64,000 nt of DNA. It comes from Alphaproteobacteria bacterium (GTDB lineage Bacteria; Pseudomonadota; Alphaproteobacteria; UBA828). Positions 38,324 to 49,621 of the stretch are shown here, piece by piece. A program made the position numbers and the translations under genes. Below the pieces are notes generated by a model. That model saw only the letters and a program-made list of their open reading frames with translations, was not told the DNA's origin and did not search any database. Numbering within the stretch: position 1 is the stretch's first letter; every line of letters starts with the position of its first letter. The stretch is taken from contig CBDCCI010000002.1 in assembly GCA_965214705.1 (NCBI GenBank), positions 1,632,001-1,696,000 of the forward strand, given 5' to 3'.

Positions 38324-38959
38324 ATGAAGGATTTGGATCTGCTGCGTGGCCACGATTTCGGCGCCAACTCGGTTGAGGCGTCAGGGTCTGAGGAAGCCGC
38401 CCCATCTGCTGCAGCCCCATCTACGGCAACCGGTTCGGCTGATCACACTCGGCGGTCATGGTCCGCCGAGGAGAAGGCACGGATTGTCGCGGAGAGCGAC
38501 AGGCCGGGGGCCGTGCAGAAGGAGGTCGCGGCTCGTCACGGCATCACCGGGCAAACTCTTCGTCAGTGGCGCAGTCGGTCGCGCGCTCGTGGTCTCTCCG
38601 GCGCGAGCGGGGCAGCGGCTTCCGGGGACCGGCATGGCCGGCCTTGGCCGGATGATGTGAAGGCGCAGATCGTTGCGGAGAGCGAGCGCCCGGGAGCCAC
38701 GATATCGGCAGTTGCCCGCCGTCACGGCATCAGCGAGAAGACGCTGCGCACCTGGCGTCGTCAGGCGGCGAGTGGCGCTGGCGGTGATCGGCGGGGAGCC
38801 GAGTCTGCGCCCCCCTATATTCCGGTTGTGGTTGACGGGGCCGCGTCCGAGCAGACGGTCGCGATCGAGGCGCTGGGCGTCGTCGTTCGCCTTCCGGTGG
38901 AGAGCGCGGTCGATCGGATCGTGGCTGTGGCCTCGGGCCTGGGTCGTGCGTCGTCATGA
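38324..38959 (+). CDS. tnpA: IS66 TnpA with duplicated HTH
   Basis: Two repeats of W..E/D.KA.IVAES.RPG...VA.RHGI. Confidence 0.85.
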   Translation: MKDLDLLRGHDFGANSVEASGSEEAAPSAAAPSTATGSADHTRRSWSAEEKARIVAESDRPGAVQKEVAARHGITGQTLRQWRSRSRARGLSGASGAAASGDRHGRPWPDDVKAQIVAESERPGATISAVARRHGISEKTLRTWRRQAASGAGGDRRGAESAPPYIPVVVDGAASEQTVAIEALGVVVRLPVESAVDRIVAVASGLGRASS

Positions 38960-39306
38960 TCGCGGTTCCCTCGCTTCGCATCCTGTTGGCGACGCGTCCG
39001 GTTGATTTTCGTCGCGGCCACGACGCTCTTGCGGCGACGGCAGCGGGGGAGCTGGACCTCGATATCTATTCCGGAGTGATCGTGATCTTCCGCTCGCGCC
39101 GCGGGGACAGGCTCAAGCTTCTCACCTGGGACGGGACCGGTCTGGTGATGACCTACAAGCGTCTTGAGCAGGGCCGCTTCGCCTGGCCCGCGATTGAGGA
39201 CGGTGTGATTCGCCTTACGAAGGGCCAGTTCGAGGCTCTCTTCGAGGGTCTGGACTGGCGCCGGGTGAAGGCCCGCCCGGTTCGCCGCCCGCTGGCGGCG
39301 GAGTGA
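38956..39306 (+). CDS. tnpB: IS66 accessory protein TnpB
   Basis: PVDFRRGHD, DRLKLLTWDGTG, KRLEQGRFAWP. Confidence 0.93.
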   Translation: MIAVPSLRILLATRPVDFRRGHDALAATAAGELDLDIYSGVIVIFRSRRGDRLKLLTWDGTGLVMTYKRLEQGRFAWPAIEDGVIRLTKGQFEALFEGLDWRRVKARPVRRPLAAE

Positions 39307-39535
39307 GGCGACACGCAGGCGGGGCCGCAGATTTCGGTCGAGGTCCCGCCTGCGCTTTTCTCTGGTCACGCATCGGCGAATCGGATTAAGGGATCGGCCA
39401 TGCCGAAGGCCACGCCCTCACCCCCCAGCAGCGCCGGTTCGCCGTCGCCTGAGGTGGTTTCGGCGGCGCTGGCGGCCCTGCAGGCGGAGCTTGCCGACGA
39501 GCGCGCGGCGCGCCGTGCGACCGAAGCAGCCCTAA

Positions 39536-41695
39536 CCCAAGTTGGCACTTTTGTCCTACCCATGTCCTTTATCGTGTTGATGTAACGCGATATTTCTCTC
39601 GGCCGGTTCCAACATGGCACTACATTTTGTTGGATTCTGTCAGTTCGGCAGGCGGGTCCTCGTGCGGTGGATGGCGGGTTCCACGCCCGCCGCCGAGGAG
39701 ATTGCGGCAACCTCAGCGGCCGGGCGCGTGTCCTGTCGATTGACGATCAAGGTGCCGTCGGTCTGGCGCAGGCGCGTGGTGATCCGCACCCAGGTCCGCA
39801 TGCTCTCGCGGATCGATGCCCAGCACTTGTGGATGTCCCGCGCGGCCAGCCGGGTACGGATCAGATGCACGGCGTGGTAGGCCAGCACGGCGATCAGCAG
39901 GTGGGCCGCGATGCGCCGGTCGAGCTGGTGCCAGATCGGGCGAAGGCCGAGTTCGGATTTCAGGCTTCGGAATGTCGCCTCGATATCCGTGATCCGCCAG
40001 TACGTCCGCAGGACCGTCTCGATATCCCAGTCGACGTGGCTGGTGCGCAGCACATAGGCGCCCGCGCCCTCATCGGCCTCGTCGTATCGCGGCCTGCGCT
40101 TGAAGCGCACGGCGGTGGCATTGGGGCCGGTGTCCGCCTTCTCGACCGTGATCTCGTAGTGCCTGGCGACGGCGGAGAAGCGCTGCTTGAGGCGGCCTAT
40201 GCTCTCCAGCACCTTGTCGTAGCGCTTGAGGCGGCCCTTGACCGCAAGGCCGCCGTGGAGCCTTTGCAGCGCCGCCTCGAAGCGGTTCCGCCTCAGGCCG
40301 ATGATCGCGTTCTCGGCCTTCTTCTTGCCCTCGCTGACGACGTAGAGCCGCGCCTCGCCGTCCTCGCTGGCAAGCCGCCAGGCCCGCACCTCGTGGCGCG
40401 CGCTGGTGATCAGCAGGGCCTCGGGTCCGCCCTCGGGCGGCGCAGGCCTGGCACCGCGGCTGACCGCGATCCAGTCGTAGCCCTGCTCGCCCAGCCAGAC
40501 GATGTTCTCCTCGGTGGCGATGCCCGCGTCCATGACCACCGTGGGCTTCGCCGCCGTGCCGCCGCATACCGCCTCGAGCCGGGCCAGCGCCTCGTGCAGC
40601 GTGCCCGGCTCGCTCACGTTGCCGGGCAGGATCTCGCAACTGCGCGGGAAGCCCGCACCGTCGAGCGCCAGCGCCAGCGTGATGAGGGGACAGTCGTCGC
40701 GCTTCTGCTTGGAGCGCCCGAACCTGGGAAGCTCGCCGTCGGTGTGGCCGTGGTAGTGGACGTTGGTGAGATCGTAGAAGGCGATCGTCTCGGGCAGGTC
40801 GAGCAGCGCGCGCTCACGGTTGAACAGTTCCCTCTGGATGGCGGCCCGGTGGCGCCAGAGCAGGTCGCCGATGCGGTAGAGCGTCTTGCGCCGCAGCGCC
40901 TTGCGGTCGCCCTCCAGGCCCAGGAGCTCGGCGGCCGCGCTGTCGTGGCGGAGCCAGCGGCTGGTATCACGCTCGCTGGCGGGATGGACCATCCTGGCGA
41001 CGATCAGCGCGCTGGCGATGCGTCCGTCGCGGCCCTTGATGTCGAGGCCGTGGAGGATTTCGGCGAAGCCAAGGTCGTCGAGGGCCTTGAGGCACAGGCG
41101 CTCGCAGCCGACGGTGCGCGGGTTCTCATGCTCCAGGGTATCGAGGTCGACGGTGGCGATCTCGGGCTTGCGCGCCTCTTCCTGCATCGCCTCGACGCGG
41201 AACCCCCTGGCCCTGAGCTTGGCGACGATGTCCTCGGCTGCGGCCTGCACGTCCGGGACGGCTTGGAGCAGCGGCGGGCGGCCGTGCAGCAGCGCCTCGG
41301 CGAGTTCGGCCACTTCGCGCCATTTCTCCTTCGGCACCGGATAGTCGGTGCCGAGGTTGAGGAGCGTGCGCTGCCTGACCTTGTCGCCGATGCGCTGGGA
41401 GAGCACGAGGCGATGGCTTCGGACGGGCTTGCCGTCGGTGGTGTGGGTCTTGGTTGCCCTGATGAACATGTCGCCCGTCGCGAGATTGTTGCGAGGGGCC
41501 AAGATTTGTCGGCTTGGGGTCTGGGGTCAAGGGAAAATCGTCAATACCTAACAACTCCTGGCACTACAACGCGCTTCCAGCGCCTCAATTACACATATAG
41601 TGGCATCATCTCGGAGCTACCCCAATATGTGGTACTTCGGTCCGCAAAATATGGGCAGACCGGCATTGAGCAACCGGAAAAAGTGCCAACTTGGG
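39536..41695 (-). mobile_element. IS1634-family element
   Basis: 17-bp TIR CCCAAGTTGGCACTTTT; 4-bp duplication CTAA. Confidence 0.9.
39640..41469 (-). CDS. IS1634-family transposase
   Basis: MFIR...KVRQRTLLNLG, FYDLTN, FGRSKQKRDD, VMDAG, IEATFRSLKSELGLRP. Confidence 0.92.
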   Translation of the reverse strand: MFIRATKTHTTDGKPVRSHRLVLSQRIGDKVRQRTLLNLGTDYPVPKEKWREVAELAEALLHGRPPLLQAVPDVQAAAEDIVAKLRARGFRVEAMQEEARKPEIATVDLDTLEHENPRTVGCERLCLKALDDLGFAEILHGLDIKGRDGRIASALIVARMVHPASERDTSRWLRHDSAAAELLGLEGDRKALRRKTLYRIGDLLWRHRAAIQRELFNRERALLDLPETIAFYDLTNVHYHGHTDGELPRFGRSKQKRDDCPLITLALALDGAGFPRSCEILPGNVSEPGTLHEALARLEAVCGGTAAKPTVVMDAGIATEENIVWLGEQGYDWIAVSRGARPAPPEGGPEALLITSARHEVRAWRLASEDGEARLYVVSEGKKKAENAIIGLRRNRFEAALQRLHGGLAVKGRLKRYDKVLESIGRLKQRFSAVARHYEITVEKADTGPNATAVRFKRRPRYDEADEGAGAYVLRTSHVDWDIETVLRTYWRITDIEATFRSLKSELGLRPIWHQLDRRIAAHLLIAVLAYHAVHLIRTRLAARDIHKCWASIRESMRTWVRITTRLRQTDGTLIVNRQDTRPAAEVAAISSAAGVEPAIHRTRTRLPN

Positions 41696-43338
41696 CTAAG
41701 CGAAGCGGAGGCGGCGAGGCAGACGGCGGAAGCTCGGGCGGCACGGCTGGAGGCCGAGAACGCGTACGGCGCGGAGCAGATCAGCCGGCTCGAGCATCTC
41801 AACAAGGAGCTCAGGAAGGCGCTGTTCGGTCCGCGCTCCGAGAAGCTCAACGAGGACGAGCGCCAGCTTACGTTCGAGGAGTTTTGGGCGGCGATCGCTG
41901 AAGCCGGCGGCCGGCCTGAGGCAGATGACCAGGAGCAGGACGAGGAGGCTGGCGGCAAGCGCCGGCGGCGCTCTTCCCGGGGATCGCGCAGCGGGGTGCG
42001 CTTCGGGCCCCAGGTCGACCGGCGCGAGGAGGTGATCGAGCCGGACACGATCATGTGCCCGTGCGGCTGCGGCGAGATGACGAAGATCGGCGAGGATCGC
42101 AGCGAGCGGCTGGACTATGAGCCGGCGAAGTTCACCGTCATCGAGACCGTGCGCCCCCGCTACGCCTGCAACAAGTGCAAGGGCGGCGGGGTGGTGCAGT
42201 CGCCGGCGCCCGCCGCTCTGGTGGAGGGCGGCCTTCCCACCGAGGCTCTTCTGGCGCACGTGCTGATCGCGAAGTACGGCGATCATTGCCCGCTCTACCG
42301 TCAATCGCAGATTTACGAGCGCTCGGGGATCGAGGTTCACCGCGCGACGCTGGCGACGTGGGTGGGGCAGGCTTCGTTTCACCTGCGCCCCGTGGTCGAT
42401 TGCCTGATGGCGGAGCTGAAGAAGTCGAGCCACCTGGGTCTGGACGAGACCACGATCCGTGTTCTCGACCCCGGCCGGGGCAAGACGAAGACGGGCTACA
42501 TGTGGACCCTTGTGCGCGACGAGCGTCACTGGAGCGGCGCGGATCCGCCGGGCGTCGTCTATCGCTATGAGCCCGGTCGCGGCGGCAAGTATGGCGCCAG
42601 GCTCTTGAAGGGCTTTTCGGGGACGGTGCAGCTCGACGCCTACTCGGGCCACAACATCCTGGCGCGGCGGGACCGGCCCGGCGGCCCTGTGACGCGGGCT
42701 CTCTGCTGGGGGCACGCCAGGCGCAAGCTGAAAGAGGTGTACGACTCGAGCGCCTCGCCGATCGCGCTGACCGGTCTCACGCGGATCGCCAAGCTCTATG
42801 CGATCGAGGAGAAGATCCGGGGCGAGCCGCCGGCGACGCGTCAGGCGATCCGCTGGGAGGAGTCGGCGCCGATCGTGAACGCCTTCGGTGTCTGGCTCGA
42901 CGAGCAGCGCTCGAAGGTCTCACCGCGCTCCCGTCTCGGCGAGAAGCTCGCCTATATCGCCAACCAGTGGGACGGGCTGCTGGAGTTCCTGCGCGACGGC
43001 CGCGTCGAGATCGACTCGAACCTGGTGGAGAACCGAATCCGCCCACTGAAGCTCACCGCCAAGAATGCGCTCTTCGCCGGCAACGACGAGGGTGCGCAAG
43101 CCTGGGCCCGCATCGCCTCGCTGATCGAGACCTGCAAGATGAACGGTGTCGAGCCCTATGCCTGGATGCGGAGCACGCTCGAGAAGATCGCCAAGGGCCA
43201 CCCGCAGTCCAAAATCCAGGAACTGCTGCCGTGGAATTTCAAGCCCGAGACAAAATGACTCGCGCGCCCACGGCGCTCCTCAAGAAATCCCCGTCGTAGT
43301 CAACCCAGATTCCCATATGGGGTCTGCGTACCGCTTAC

Positions 43339-46300
43339 GTTGAACGTCCAGCATTCGTCTCTGGTGAGAATCCCCTCGACCGTGTCGCGCAGACCCTCCG
43401 GCAGATGCGGCCTGGCATCGAGGGAACGTGCGCGCTCCATCAGCGCGGCATAGTTGCGGCTGTCGAAGCCGATCCCGCCCGTCTCCTTCGTCCACTGCTG
43501 CACGACCGAAGACAGCACGTTCATCTCCCGCGCCTCGACCTCCATCAGCGCGTGGTCGAGGCGGTCCGTTCCTTCGGCCAGCACCCCCCGCTCGTCCGGC
43601 ATGGCGGCCAGATGGCTTCCGTGGGGGGCGTCGTTTGCCAGCATCGCGCGGGCCTCGGCGAGCAGGGGCTCCGCCTGCTGCCGCCAGCCGGTCAGGGACA
43701 CGAGCGTCGCGGGACGTTCGGGACAGTCCGCCGTCAGCGCGTCCAGCCGTGCGGGCCATTCCCGGATCTGCCGGCAGACCGGCTCGCACCTGGCATGGTA
43801 GCCGAGCCACGAGGCGACAACTTCCTGCGTGCGCGCCGGCAGCGACGCCTGCGCGGAGAGCGCCTCGGCCTGTGCGACCAGCTCGCCGTAGCGCGGCACA
43901 TGGAACGCCTCGGTCCCGGTCTCGCGCGCCTGCCGGTTCACCTCCTTCGTCAGCCACCCGAATGCCCGGTAGCCGTCGTGCCGCAGCGCGTCGGCGACCT
44001 CCTCCGCAGCCTGCCGGACAGCCTCGCGTCCGCCCGGTACGGCGTCCAGGCAGGGGGCGCGGGCGTCTTCGGGGCGCAGCATGTTCCCGGCCATGGCCTC
44101 CAATGCGGCGCCTTCCTCGCGCCAGGACTGCCGCGCAGGATGGTGCGGATCGAGCCCGCCGGGCTCGTCCTGCGGCAGGTCCGCTGCCTGCCACGCCGCG
44201 ACACGGCCGGGCAGGGCGCGCACCTCTTCCGCCAGCGCCGTCTGGGCGGCATCGACCTCCCGCCATTCCGCCACCGCGCGCTGCGCCTGCGCATCGAGCC
44301 CCTCGGCGGCCGCGAGCCTTTCGCCAAGCGCCGCCACCTGCCGGTAGCCCGGCGCGTAAATCTCCGGGACGACGCTCTCAGCCGCCCGTTCGCGAAGCGC
44401 GTGCCATACCCGTTCGAAGCGTCCGGCATCGTCGAGGAGCCGCGTGCGCTCGAGCATATCGACGGCGTCCTCCAGGCCGGCGCGCCCGCCCGGCATGGCA
44501 TGGAGGTGGTGGGCCACCTCGCGGTGTACAGTCTCGCCCTCCGCCCCGAGCCGGGCTGCGGCCTCCAGGAGCGCCGTCCCTTCCTCGCGCCAGGCAGCGT
44601 GTTCGGTGAGTTGCTCCACCGGCACTCCCTGCGAGGAGGCCGTCCAGCCGAGCTCCGGCCAGTGCCGCCAGTGGTCCCCAATGCGCCCGACGAGGCCCTG
44701 CACCTCCCGGTCGTGCGCGAGATGCTCCTCGTGTTTCGCCAGCATGGTGTCGGTGAGGCGGCGCATGTCCTCCGGGAGGTCCTCGATCTGCGCGAGCGCA
44801 GCAGCCTGCGCCATCGTGTCCCGGTAGCCCGGGAGGAGGAACGGAACGGTGTTCGTCGCCTCGCCCTCCCGCAGGAGCGCCCGCCAGTCCGCCGCGAGCG
44901 CCGCGAACACCTCGGGGTCCACCGCGGGGGTCTCGGAAAGGTCGATCCCCAAGGCCTCCAGCGCCCCGTCCTCGCTCCGCTCGTATGCCATGCTCTCGAT
45001 GAGCGCGTCGCGGTCGTCGGTCAGCAGCAGGAACTCTTCCGAGACCCGGCTGAGCTCGACATGGAACAGCTCGCGGTCGGCCCCGGCGCCCGCGTCCAGC
45101 ACCGCGATCGCCGCCCGCGCCGTCCGGCCCTGTGCAGAATGCACGGTGGAACAATACGCATGATCGAGATGGCGCAGCTGCGGGTCGGTGAGCGCGAGAC
45201 CGAACTCCCGGCCGCCCTCGCGGAAGCGCACCCGCCTGTAGCCGATCTCCACGATCTCCGCTTCGCCGCCGTTGACCAGGTCCGGCGCCCGGGGATGCCT
45301 GCCGCGGCCGGGCGGGGCCTTGCGGTTGCGCGTCCAGCGGATCAGGTCGCCGGCGCGCAACTCGATCCGCTCGGTGTCGTAGAGGCCCAGATAGCGCGCC
45401 GCATTGCCCGAAGGCCGGAACCGGCGCTCGCCGTCTGCATGGGCCAGCACGACCCTGCCGTCGTCGTGACCCATGACGGTGCAGACGTCGTTCGCGCGGC
45501 AGCCGAAGACGTCGCGGTGGAACACTATAGTGTCACCGGGCTCGTAGCTGCGGATATCGGAAGCCAGCGCACGGGTGAGCCGCCGGTCGACCAGGCGGTC
45601 GACGGCCAAGGTGCGGCCCCGCAACACGCCTTCCTCCGCGAGCCCTTCGCGCACCGCCTCGTTTGCCTGCCGGCGGATTGCGTGCGTGGGGGCGAGGATC
45701 AGGGTGTCCGCCCGCTGCTCCGGCGCCAGCGTGAGCCAGCGCCGCGCCGCCTCGATGCCGAGCTCCTCGCGGGGCGCCTCGCGCACCCGGTTGCCCAGCG
45801 CCGCGATCGCCGCGCCCGGCTCCCCCTCCCTGACGCGGCCTACCGTCGCGCGCAGCTCCGGGTCGCGCTGGCGCAGCACCTCGTCCATGGTCGCCGTCGC
45901 CATGCCCGCCTTCTGCAGCAGACGGAAGGGCTGGCCCGCATCCACCGCCCTCAACTGCGCGGTGTCGCCCACCAGCGCGACCCGCGCCACGTCCAGATCG
46001 CGCGCGATGCGCAGCAGCGCCTCCATGCGCACGGTGTCGATCATCGAGGCCTCGTCCACCGCCAGCACCACGCCCCCGTACTCCTCCCGGCCCCGCGCCA
46101 GACGCGCCGGGTCGGAGAGGTCGTTGAAGCGGGTCAGGAAGTGCTGCAGCGTCCTGGAGGGGATGTCCGCCTCCCTGGCGAGAACCCGTGCGGCGGCGGC
46201 CGAGGGCGCCAGGCCCCGTATCGTCCGCTCCCCGAGGAGCGCCTTCACCTCCCTCAGCATGGTCGTCTTGCCGCTGCCGGCATGGCCCTGCACGCCGATC

Positions 46301-47802
46301 GTGAGATCGTTGGACAGCAGCACCGTACGGACCGCCTCCTTCTGGCCCCGGGTGAGGTCCGACGCCCCGAGCCGCGCCTCGACCGCATCCGCACCGGCCA
46401 GCGCCATTCCCTTGCCCCGTCCTGCCCGCATGGACGCCAGCACTTGGCGTTCGGCCTTCACCGCGCGGTCGGTGACGAAGGCCCGATCCATGCCCCGGCG
46501 TTCCGCCTCGATCAGCTCGCCGCCGGCCGCGAGCCGTGCGATCGCCCCGTCGACCTCGGCCAGGGTGTAGCGCCCCGGCGCGTGGCCCAGCGCCACCGCC
46601 CGGATCTCCGCCTCCGGGATCGCGGTGCGCCGCTCCGCAACGTGCGCCACCGCACGCGCCACCGCCTCCAGGACGCCCCGCTCGGGCTCCTGCGACAGCT
46701 CCGCCGGCGCCGGGGAGCGAGAGGGCGTGGGATTCACCCCCGCCGACGCGGCAACGTCGTCGCGGCGCTGCCTCGGCAGCGCCGGCAGCGCCGGCGCGCG
46801 CTTCAGGCTGCGGATCTCGTTGGGCGGCAGGTCGGGCGCAGGCGCGCGCGGCAACCCCACCCGCTCGCCGGTCGCCGGGTCGAGGGGGCGGGGCGGCGTG
46901 AGAGCCGTCTTCTCTCGGACCAGACCCAGTGCCCGCGCCCGTTCGCGCCATTCCGGCACCAGGTCCGCGAGGGTCCGCTCCTCCTTGCGCCGCCGCGTGT
47001 GAAGCGCCGCCATCTGCGTGTGCTTCGCCGTGTAGGACAGGTCCTGGCGCTCCAGGTACGCGAGAATCTCGCGGCGCCTGCCCGAGAACGCGTCCAGGAA
47101 GGAGCGCTCGTAGCCCGCAAGCTCGAACCCCGGCACCCGTCCCACCAGGGTCGGCGAGACGGCCATGCCGAGCGCCTGAAGACGCAGCGCAAGCTCGTTC
47201 CGGTAGTACGCCCCGATCAGCTTCTCGCTGCGCCGGATCTTCGTCGGCTCCACGCTCCGCCATTCCCCGGACGCGGCGCGCGTCATGTTGGCCAGCACGC
47301 AGTGGGTGTGCAGCTGCGGGTCCTGGTCGCGGCTCGCGAGGTGCCGGAACCCCGCCACCACCATGCCCTCCGCCTTCACCCGGGGACGGCGCCGGGTCGC
47401 CGGGTCCCAGCCCCGGGTCTGCAGAAGCTCCGACTCCACGAGGCCGAGCGTCGCCCGCACCGCCTCGTCGTGAGCCCGGATCACCCGGCGGTCGCCCATC
47501 ACCAGCGCCTCCAGCGATACCGACTTCGGGGCCGACAGGGTTATGTCCCAGCCGGGCCGGTGATCGTGCTCCCCCTCGCGCATCCGGCCGAGACGCAGGT
47601 CCGTTCCCGGCACGTATCCCGACAGCACCGATTCGAAGCGCGAGGGACGCACATGGGCCTTGAGCCCCAGCGCCTTCGCCGCGTCCCCGTACCAGAAGCT
47701 GGCCTGACGGTGCTCGGCGTCATTCCGGGCGTAGTAGCCGTCGCGCTCGTAGTAGGTCACCGCCATGGCGGACGAGCGGAGTTCCGTGACCGTGGCTACC
47801 AT
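43339..47802 (-). pseudogene. MobF (TrwC/TraI-like) relaxase-helicase, 3'-interrupted by IS66
   Basis: YYERDGYY, DITLSAPKSVS, H...DPQLHTH, GHAGSGKTT, DEASM, HAYCSTVHSAQG. Confidence 0.93.
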
Positions 47803-47874
47803 CGGCTCAGACCCCGATTACGACCGCGCCGGTGCGCTGCAGAGGCAAAGCGGAACGCCGCCGGCTCGACGGGC

Positions 47875-48549
47875 TCACTGCCATCCGTAGAGGACGTGTA
47901 TGCGGCTCTCGGTCAGCATGCCCAGGATGAAGACGATCAAGCCCGCAAGCACCGTCTTCAGGCCGAACCTCGGTCCGGCCGTTTGCGTGAGGATGTCATA
48001 GAGAAGCCCACGGATCGGACCGGACTGCTGGATGACTTGGGCGCGCGTCGCCGCGAGTCCCGTCTCGATCCTGGTCACGGCCTCCTCGATCTCGGCCGCA
48101 ACCCGGTCCGCGGTGGTTGCCATACCCTCATCGATGCGCTCCGCCGCCGCTGCCGCCTTCGCCGCCGCTTCCTCGATCCTGCCGGCATGGTCTGCGACCG
48201 CCGCCGCGTCCTCCCCCGGCGCGTCCGGCGGCGCGCCCCCGGTTCGCGCAGCCTCGGCGACACAGGCCACGAGTCCGTCGCCCCAGGCCTCAAGAGCCTC
48301 CCGCGTCAGTACCTCAGGTACTGCCTCAGGCACTGCCGCAGGCTCTGGCGCAGGCCGTTCCGTAGACACCGTTTCCCTCAGTCCGGCCACCTGCTCCCGG
48401 AGGTCCCGCACTTCGGTGAGCAGTTCCTCGATCGCGGCCGGATCGATACCGGGCGCCGGTGGCGAAGCGGGCGGGCCCTCCGCCGGCAGGCTCGCCAGGA
48501 GGTCCGGCTGGCCCGTCCGGTCGCTCTTGCCGTCGTCCTCCGCAGTCAC
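47875..48549 (-). CDS. Hypothetical protein, coiled-coil with C-terminal TM helix
   Basis: Co-oriented ORF upstream of the relaxase; hydrophobic C-terminal segment. Confidence 0.6.
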   Translation of the reverse strand: MTAEDDGKSDRTGQPDLLASLPAEGPPASPPAPGIDPAAIEELLTEVRDLREQVAGLRETVSTERPAPEPAAVPEAVPEVLTREALEAWGDGLVACVAEAARTGGAPPDAPGEDAAAVADHAGRIEEAAAKAAAAAERIDEGMATTADRVAAEIEEAVTRIETGLAATRAQVIQQSGPIRGLLYDILTQTAGPRFGLKTVLAGLIVFILGMLTESRIHVLYGWQ

Positions 48550-48819
48550 GCCATTTGTCCCCTCGTGTGGACGGCCTCGTGCACCTCATTCATGCCGGCG
48601 GCGCACATGGTGCCCGCCTCACAGCAACCGCTTCCGGCGAAAATCCGTCTCCCTTTCGCGGACCTGAGGCGCGACCCTTTGCTTCTGTTGTTGCGCTCCG
48701 CAGTCACGCTATCCCTCTCCTCGTTCGGCCGATCTCGCGCACATCGTTCATGCCGGCGGCGTACATGGTGCCCGCCTCACAGAAGCCGGTCCTGGCGAGA
48801 ATCCGTTTCCCCGGCGGAC
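48538..48819. repeat. Imperfect ~125-bp direct repeat with 158-bp period
   Basis: Core 48589-48624 matches 48747-48782 at 35/36. Confidence 0.85.
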
Positions 48820-49313
48820 GGCTCTGGCGCGACCTCCGGCTTCGCTGCCGGCGGCTCGGTCGAGACCGTGACCGAGGTCACGACCGAGGCTGAAGCGATA
48901 CGTGCCCGCTCCTCGCCAAGCACCGCGGCCAGCGCCACGCGCAGCTCTTCAGCGCGGCCCGACCCTGCCATCGCAGACGCCCACGCGGCGAACATCACTG
49001 CGATCCTCTCCTGCATGTCGCGCACAAGGGGACCCGCATCCTCACCCTCCAGCATCAGCGCGCGAACCTCCTGCAGCGCCTCCAGTTGCTCCCGCTGTTC
49101 TTCCTTGGCGAGCGCCAACGCGGGATACTCGTGCCGGGGACCCGCGTCCTCTTCCGATGCGTCCCGCTCCACCAGCCCCAGCAGGTAGCGCGCGATCGAC
49201 AGGCCGCGCCGGTCGGCCTTATTGCGAACGGTCTCCCACTCCGCGTCCGTCGCCGAGATCGAGATGTGCCTGCTCGGGCTGCGCGCCTTCCGCCGACGCC
49301 GCACCCGCCTCAC
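48777..49313 (-). CDS. RHH/MobC-like protein
   Basis: ISISATDAEWETVRNKADRRGLSIARYL. Confidence 0.65.
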   Translation of the reverse strand: MRRVRRRRKARSPSRHISISATDAEWETVRNKADRRGLSIARYLLGLVERDASEEDAGPRHEYPALALAKEEQREQLEALQEVRALMLEGEDAGPLVRDMQERIAVMFAAWASAMAGSGRAEELRVALAAVLGEERARIASASVVTSVTVSTEPPAAKPEVAPEPSAGETDSRQDRLL

Positions 49314-49621
49314 GGCGCACGCTCCCTCGCAAGGACGGAGATCGCGCTCAGCAGGCTGAGCCCGCTGCCCCCCGGAAGCTCGCGCCGGAGAGCCCGCACG
49401 AATGCCTGCAACTCCCGCACCCCGTCTCGCTGCTCCACCTGTTCCGCTTCCGTCAGCACCAGGGGATGGCGGTCCGGATCGTCGGCGAGCGCGAGCTCCA
49501 GAATGTAGCGCGACACGGTCTTCTCCGCCGCCGCCGCGCGCTCCCGGATCATCGCCTGTTCAGCCGGCTTGCAGTGCAGGCTCCGCTGACGCCTGACGGG
49601 CCGCGCCGCCTCTTCCGTCAC
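49310..49621 (-). CDS. RHH/MobC-like protein
   Basis: SLHCKPAEQAMIRERAAAAEKTVSRYI. Confidence 0.65.
   Translation of the reverse strand: MTEEAARPVRRQRSLHCKPAEQAMIRERAAAAEKTVSRYILELALADDPDRHPLVLTEAEQVEQRDGVRELQAFVRALRRELPGGSGLSLLSAISVLARERAP

Larger units (their letters stand above)
39400..43258 (+). pseudogene. tnpC: IS66 transposase TnpC interrupted by IS1634
   Basis: 39400-39535 joins 41700-43258 in frame (EAAL|SEAE); FGPRSEK, LDETT, CWGHARRK, ELLPW. Confidence 0.9.
36504..43338 (+). mobile_element. IS66-family element with nested IS110 and IS1634
   Basis: Ends GTAAGCGGTA/TACCGCTTAC; 8-bp duplication GTTGAACG at 36496-36503 and 43339-43346. Confidence 0.93.

Noticed and set aside
14700-43338. 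CRISPR-associated transposon (CAST) interpretation
   Set aside because: No TnsB/TnsC/TniQ; Cas3 and adaptation genes are intact; the IS elements have their own ends and duplications.
43405-49188. 1927-aa + strand ORF, and similar long ORFs such as 8965-12090 (-) and 39667-41901 (+)
   Set aside because: Antisense shadows of well-supported genes in high-GC DNA; no motifs.
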